IMG/VR virus record: IMGVR_UViG_3300027365_000007
Direction: 5' to 3' (one strand)
DNA from: a virus
Taxonomy: Duplodnaviria > Caudoviricetes
DNA length: 64,000 nt
Positions 60,301 through 64,000 of the stretch are shown piece by piece; the first letter of the stretch is position 1; each line of letters opens with the position of its first letter. The translations under genes were made by a program, and so were the position numbers. Below the pieces are notes generated by a model. It worked only from the letters and a program-made list of their open reading frames with translations, searched no databases and was not told the DNA's origin.

Positions 60301-60889
60301 CCCTGATGTTGTGGTTGACGAAATAATAACCCTTGGAAAAGATTCGGTATCTAGTGCAGTACTAAGATTGTCTGGTAATGATGTTGATGAATCGTATGTA
60401 TATGGAATATATTCTGGTGGATACAATTATACTTTCCGAATAAAAGCAATTGATCCAAACGACAATGTTTATATATTGCTTAGCTTTGATGAAAATGTAT
60501 TCACAACCTTTAATTCGGAAGAAGATTTGACATCGTTGAACAATATGCAATTTGTCAGATGGGTACCTAGTCGTGTGAATATATTTTACGATGATTTCCA
60601 CGAAGATGTACAAGACACTATCGATGCTTATATTAGTAAAATTGAGCATGCGCCATCGGATGGTTATCGTTTATATGTTGATAAGACTAATAACCCTGTG
60701 TCTTACAAAGCTGAAGTATTGGCTGATAACCCAGACGAGTATTGGGATTTTAGCGAAGCTTCACAGGTTGAGGTCAATGACAGCGTTACATTCAATGGCT
60801 TGAACGATTCTACATTCACCCCTGAAAGCGATGCCGGGGTTCCAGATGTATTGAAGCAGAACTATAACCGCTTAAGCGGTTATCGATGA
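54386..60889 (+). CDS. Giant virion structural protein, baseplate wedge-like (2167 aa)
   Basis: TATAAATA at 54349-54356; FLPSVFQT..., NYQLEPS, PPIDMDMFVNYSDYYW, WDGRLRAEGF, GFIRQKGT and EEWAFK.GEFG segments typical of jumbo-phage baseplate proteins. Confidence 0.8.
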   Translation: MADKNIKNFLPSVFQTNKIKNFMDSTSETLFSDNNSENRSFFVGRKIGGLYDPLKDYYAEEISKIRENYQLEPSLVIRNTDSREVSDVLFYEDLLKSLENSGSQVQDHSKLFSSNKFSFAPPIDMDMFVNYSDYYWYPEGGFEIRVDANPNDLYGRIAATVRIIQTNEPLEISSGMHLTLNDGKTYIVEGVGVYIELIEFDPDNNKPFMIDRVYNTTETSNDVIERFPAEYITMERGAYDYNPWSRNNSWYHKDVINKVIGQERFYAERSRRAQRPIICFQKNIELFNYGNHIAFVKAIDTTLDTDMGGASIELNDTVIIHGDNTIYQYDGNAFIAYSTASHGDKVAIYEGTNKADEFKWDEIEQDWVLCQRKLDVNQPIKFNLYDSADSDATLFSDEFKYPESTFNGCEIFRYGTSNVSIEDPVLGFGLKYKAFKESSDIVFENAMTDVYSYTVGSNEHTIKNGFYKIINPNNIERNNIIKFTIGKNYTTGEPVVYINGREQKSLILKANTQYRLDYTDSSTTVRSWYEKYSPIEILDENGTQVVRPTHADSSNNDVLISFSETSAGGYTYKTSYYEGKIHVINETVADFYYGNSWERSTDTDVTLKLEKTINNDDDLKIGLTYTPRNDNAIRVVYNGDVLGKSSYYFDVSNVVITDISNEVVKGDYVEIFYTTNDPVSVDSDEIQMVHPSLNNNPMNDDIVDFAYSEVFDQFRSIIRNQPFLKGTALTDNNFRDTVKDGSLGTSILKHEAPMVPLMFANTSDEADVIESIISAKEYYNNFKNSLVVAADEYNRSYDISDANVRDIFDDIVETINSGRRKTDPYAYSYMFATYNKYTNVNFDNNGVASEFLNIDIDSNELYIYTNDGLRLVDIDYRIENDDTTLNSTLIPLTFELSEIVESRYYQDMEPSFCAPTPMKFGLDRPKQPTIVKDETYLSDKHFIIGHDGSKFLAYSSQEQINTGKLDGRDLLILELEKRIYNGIRPEFKNESKSIINLSDVTPSYYKDLSATKEFIESIEFKFFSKWCNDNNIDYTENSTFDINNELTYNIPDFETDNGVVIGGHWKSIFQYYYGTTIPNKAPWEMLEFKIKPSWWESQYGTDYSSNNTTMWTDIEEGIVRQGVRENVSFDEYKSSDNRLRKDGLNEILPVDSNGDLRLLTDIGLVDPATFNYYTIKDSWSFGDHGPVEQAWRNSSDYAFVKQAVYYIIKPLQYVTEAWDTKLSFNLPSGEVHKPNEMGVHSFIDGSSDFKYVPGISQWLYSYLQVKNLSGEKLLRDKFYQASVQLSHKVGGYVDSTNIRISTETFNPRSESNITNIPSEDISVLLHESKDIATETYSGVLVERVDANKTYYNFVDGQIYDINEITYNTDDKNYYRLVNDHKKYPEWIAFAVYTKGRVVIFANRLYVCLEDHRSNDQEFPNESSKWKLRGFVPSDWALLAGKPPAKTTHFKVYGYDLYDSGFRTIPASDVSKEIDITVPTVDSKQVPVVTWEPDTKYYKGQYMRMDGSNLFICRVDHISTEVFDVAYWSKADKLPYTNMASVNVKTDGGAKITYVPYGTVFKTTQEVSNFLLSYGRYLEHRGWKFDSYDSQRKKMKNWKLSVEEFIRWAYENKSSGSVIGLSPISEDIRFSTSHGVPSITRNKINTPVTLLGPKGNVIDPKNSEYNRLGGVYHVMASEPVFYCKLSIKEYEHIITVNNRTVFNDVIYDPELGIRKDRLKIRALKTKAWDGRLRAEGFIISGDKILPNFETSISDIKSISDKDDISIQDIYNRLKYHNFGYEQRSYLEGLSMDDKAQISFYEGFIRQKGTSEAFQRLLRSSELDVSDNMKINEEWAFKEGEFGSVETDQCIELKFDNTDMKSTPQPVYLEYKQVFDNKRATDVYIDIQDQDKWISKPKSLVDGNIFVESSFDKVRKFPTAGYVRWSDADFKAFALNGLGSAIKESNRSILEGMRAWIAKDSSEQYGWNVYHSSFPDVVVDEIITLGKDSVSSAVLRLSGNDVDESYVYGIYSGGYNYTFRIKAIDPNDNVYILLSFDENVFTTFNSEEDLTSLNNMQFVRWVPSRVNIFYDDFHEDVQDTIDAYISKIEHAPSDGYRLYVDKTNNPVSYKAEVLADNPDEYWDFSEASQVEVNDSVTFNGLNDSTFTPESDAGVPDVLKQNYNRLSGYR

Positions 60890-60909
60890 TATGTCATTAC
60901 ACGTTTGTT

Positions 60910-60934
60910 AAAAAAGGGGCATCTGCCCCTTTTT
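60910..60934. terminator. Rho-independent terminator
   Basis: AAAAAAGGGGC-ATCT-GCCCCTTTTT. Confidence 0.88.
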
Positions 60935-61010
60935 GTTTATATAGATGTACTAAGCCTTAAAATTCAATCTATAAATACTATACGTACAAAATATATAGGA
61001 GAAGGTATAA

Positions 61011-64000
61011 ATGCCTCTAGAAGTATACACAGTAAACAGTAATGGATTATACGACCCTTCACCGGATGAGTGGCCAGAAACTATGTGGTCGCCAATGGGT
61101 ACTGATACAGCAAATAGTAAAGCTATAGAATTCTGGTTTAAGTTCGATGATTTTATTATATTTTCTTCCGAACAAGAATATAGTTTACCCATAGCGTCTA
61201 TGGTATTTCACAATACCAATACTGACGAAATGATGTCTACCCAGCTAGGGATATTTCCACAGACAGATTCTGATACTCAAGAATATAGGGTAATGCACAT
61301 AGTTGATGGATATATGGACTATTCTTCTCCTATAAAGATCGAATCGGGCTTGAATCATTGCGTATTGACAGTGAACAATACGGTTAGTGGAATATCAATT
61401 ACTACAACAATTAACGGTTCGGTAGTAGACGATGTAACTGGTATCAACAGTCTGCAACCTGATGGATCGTATGATTTTTACGTTGCAACCATTGGAAATA
61501 CTACTAATCAGGCGTTGCCTGTTGTTGACGAATTCGCAGTTTATAACACCACACTATCTCTGCAACAAATCCAGAATCATTATCAAGCTGGTATTTCAGG
61601 AGGCTTGACTGTATCTGAAAAGAATGAGTGGGGTGTTTTTGAGTATAATGCAGGCACTTGGAATCTAATGTACGAAGAACAGCCTGTGATTGACACTAAC
61701 ATGATTAGTGAATGTATTGCGTATAATAGTGAAGATAATTCTTTTATATCAAATGTTAAAATACACGATCCTATTAAGGGGTTCTTTGCCGGTGCGCCTA
61801 TGGAGGATATTGATTACATCACTGAATATGACCCAGTTAAATATAATTCTGAAACAAACCAATACAGCTCATGGGGCAAGGATAAGGTGGGTACGGTCTG
61901 GTGGGATACATCCACTATGCGCTATCTTGAATATGAAAATGGGAGCAGTGAAGATCGTATCAACTTCTGGGGTACGCTGTTCCCACAAAGTTCGATTGAT
62001 GTATATGAATGGAGACAGTCACCTGTAGTTCCATCTAACTACGAGGGATCAGGTACGCCTTATAGAACAGATGCTTATGTCTTCGAAGATTTTTATGATG
62101 AAGAAACAAATGAGACAACCAGATATTATTATTTCTGGGTTAAGAATACCTCAAGTATACCTGAAAATACTGATAGAAGTAATAGTATTGTTAATATTGC
62201 GAACTCTATTAGATACCCAGATAATAATGGTGTACCTTATATCAATTTCATAAACAATGAATGTTTGTTGTTGAATGACAATACAAACATCATGGTGCAG
62301 AATGATTTTGTTTTACAAGTAGAATATGAAACAAACAAAGATGATATTGATACCCATACGCAATGGACGCTTGTCTCTGAGGATGAGAGGGAAAGTGATA
62401 TTCCGCCATTCCTGTTTGATAAGATGATAGATAGCGTACTTGGATATACTGAAGCTGACATTAATGGAATTGTACATTCAATACCGGACACCTCGTTATC
62501 CGAATCTAGAAAATATGGTAATTTGAAAAATCCACGTCAGACATGGTTTGTGAATGTTAAAGAAGCTCGTCGAAACTTCTTTGAAGTTTTGAATGAATCA
62601 CTTAAAGGAATGAATATTTGGGACATTGAATTGTTTTGGGAAGAAATCAATGAAGATGTCTTGCGAGACACCGAATACTTTGGATTGATTGATTGGTACG
62701 CTGATGATTATGACCCTCTTACGATTGTTTCCAATTTGGTTAATAAGAGAGTAGATATGCTTACCACTCCATTGAACGATGGTGAGTTTATAAAAGTAAA
62801 TGAATCTGAAGGAAGAATGCCTTCTGTATACGAAGGTGGATTTACCATTTATCAATATCACCAAGATATCAATAGTTATGAAAAAGTGGGTCAAGCTAGA
62901 TCCGAGTTACAATTCAAAGAGGCATTCTACAGTAACGATATCAACGAGAATGACGCTGCAAGGATTCGAGATCTTCTTGGAATAGTATTTAATGTTTTCC
63001 TTAAGAAATCACGCCCTGAATATATTAACAAAATTTTCTATGCTATGGTTCGATACGTTATTAGTGAACAGCCAACAAATGACTGGGTATTCCCAAGCAC
63101 GTATATTAATATTAACCAAGAAACACGTAGTTTAGTTAAGAAGCGTATATATCAAGACGATAAAGAAGATGAGATCATTGGATATGTAACTGAGGCAAAG
63201 CCTTTCCATACAAAATTACGTGAAATTAACAAAATAGCTACTGGTGATATTGAATATAATGGATTCTATGTTACTGACTTTGATAAACCACCATTTATCA
63301 CAGATAGTCGGGAAATACTGAACTTACAAGAAGAAGTTATAGATACGATACCCTATAAAAAAGACTTGTATTATAACTTAAGCATTCGAAATGCTAATCC
63401 GGTAGAGTATTGGCCGATGAACGTTAAATACTCACCTTCAACTATAGAAGGTGAGTACGGTGTTAATTTTTACAATCGCGATAGCGACTTTGTTGCGAAG
63501 CCTAGTGGTATATGTTTCAACAACGGTTTTGAACTACATGGTCCTTATAGTACCGATCCAATTTCAGTAGAATCCAGTAAGATTACTATGGAAGCGTGGT
63601 TATTTGGTCATGATGTTTCGATATTGAACGGAACAACATCGTTTGATGTGTTGAATATCAATGTGACAAATAGCGATGACGTTAACGACAGTGTGGTTTA
63701 TAAGGTCGTGCTGTTGGATAACGCAGGTGTTGCAGAATATCGCGTACAAGCGTTCAGAGGGACTGTACCGTACCTTGATGAAGTAGTGGAACTAGAACCA
63801 AACGTCATGAATTACTTTGTGTTTGGAATTGATAACTCATCTGTTAATACTAAACTAAATCTATCGATCAATCGTGACGCATATGAAACCTTTGAATTGG
63901 GTAACTTTATAAACGTAAGTTCTTACTATGATGTATCCTTGGATATTGGTAGTAATGATGTACATTACTTTTATGATGAATTTGCTTTGTATGACCGCCC
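61011..64000 (+). CDS. Large virion structural protein, partial (runs off the window), with LamG-like domains; apparent continuation of the giant baseplate protein
   Basis: TATAAATA at 60970-60977, AGGAGAAGG RBS, ATG at 61011. Translated by hand over the 5' portion; the same frame is open at 62040, 63000, 63360 and 63960 (...HDPIKG...VGTVWWD...WGTLFPQSSIDVYEW...DEFALYDRP). Confidence 0.88.
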   Translation, partial: MPLEVYTVNSNGLYDPSPDEWPETMWSPMGTDTANSKAIEFWFKFDDFIIFSSEQEYSLPIASMVFHNTNTDEMMSTQLGIFPQTDSDTQEYRVMHIVDGYMDYSSPIKIESGLNHCVLTVNNTVSGISITTTINGSVVDDVTGINSLQPDGSYDFYVATIGNTTNQALPVVDEFAVYNTTLSLQQIQNHYQAGISGGLTVSEKNEWGVFEYNAGTWNLMYEEQPVIDTNMISECIAYNSEDNSFISNVKIHDPIKGFFAGAPMEDIDYITEYDPVKYNSETNQYSSWGKDKVGTVWWDTSTMRYLEYENGSSEDRINFWGTLFPQSSIDVYEWRQSPVVPSNYEGSGTPYRTDAYVFEDFYDEETNETTRYYYFWVKNTSSIPENTDRSNSIVNIANSIRYPDNNGVPYINFINNECLLLNDNTNIMVQNDFVLQVEYETNKDDIDTHTQWTLVSEDERESDIPPFLFDKMIDSVLGYTEADINGIVHSIPDTSLSESRKYGNLKNPRQTWFVNVKEARRNFFEVLNESLKGMNIWDIELFWEEINEDVLRDTEYFGLIDWYADDYDPLTIVSNLVNKRVDMLTTPLNDGEFIKVNESEGRMPSVYEGGFTIYQYHQDINSYEKVGQARSELQFKEAFYSNDINENDAARIRDLLGIVFNVFLKKSRPEYINKIFYAMVRYVISEQPTNDWVFPSTYININQETRSLVKKRIYQDDKEDEIIGYVTEAKPFHTKLREINKIATGDIEYNGFYVTDFDKPPFITDSREILNLQEEVIDTIPYKKDLYYNLSIRNANPVEYWPMNVKYSPSTIEGEYGVNFYNRDSDFVAKPSGICFNNGFELHGPYSTDPISVESSKITMEAWLFGHDVSILNGTTSFDVLNINVTNSDDVNDSVVYKVVLLDNAGVAEYRVQAFRGTVPYLDEVVELEPNVMNYFVFGIDNSSVNTKLNLSINRDAYETFELGNFINVSSYYDVSLDIGSNDVHYFYDEFALYDR

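Noticed and set aside
60889-61011. Sequencing error or programmed frameshift joining the two giant ORFs
   Set aside because: The gap contains a terminator, a late promoter and a strong RBS, which indicates two real genes rather than a single-base error.
1-64000. Stop-codon reassignment, as in some jumbo phages
   Set aside because: Standard-code ORFs are long and tile the window; TAA, TAG and TGA all end genes at sensible positions.
1-64000. Complete DGR, retron or reverse transcriptase locus
   Set aside because: No YxDD RT-like ORF and no second copy of the 8901-9030 sequence were noticed; the intergenic gaps examined do not contain a template repeat.

Overview
A 64-kb, AT-rich, densely coding segment of a T4-related jumbo myovirus. 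The gene families and layout recall the RaK2/GAP32/XacN1/Atu_ph07/SCTP-2 assemblage; this is an inference, not a database result. A two-component spanin pair indicates a Gram-negative host. Bases 1-27 kb are almost all on the minus strand: SbcCD/gp46-47 nuclease, two collar-domain tail fibres with a chaperone, a DUF1566-type lectin, a PD-(D/E)XK nuclease, small virion proteins, repeat-rich fibres, ClpA and spanins. Bases 27-37 kb are a mixed-strand metabolic island: PhoH, ThyA, HD-Pnk, two divergent helicases and the baseplate hub. Bases 37-64 kb are almost all on the plus strand: tape measure-like protein, portal, prohead core, protease, scaffold, major capsid protein and giant baseplate proteins. 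Two genes missing from the ORF track run off the window ends (1-1500 minus; 61011-64000 plus). The most notable observations are: (1) a late-expressed DUF1566 gene whose 3' end has the codon signature of a diversity-generating retroelement variable region, with no template or reverse transcriptase in the window; (2) a ThyA with an in-frame HNH endonuclease insertion that is neither an intein nor an obvious intron, plus an altered specificity motif; (3) an Ala-initiated class 3 intein in SbcC and a mini-intein in the portal; (4) a hairpin array between two divergent helicases, a candidate origin; (5) a giant baseplate gene apparently split in the middle of a LamG domain. No CRISPR array, tRNA, rRNA, reverse transcriptase or stop-codon reassignment was seen.
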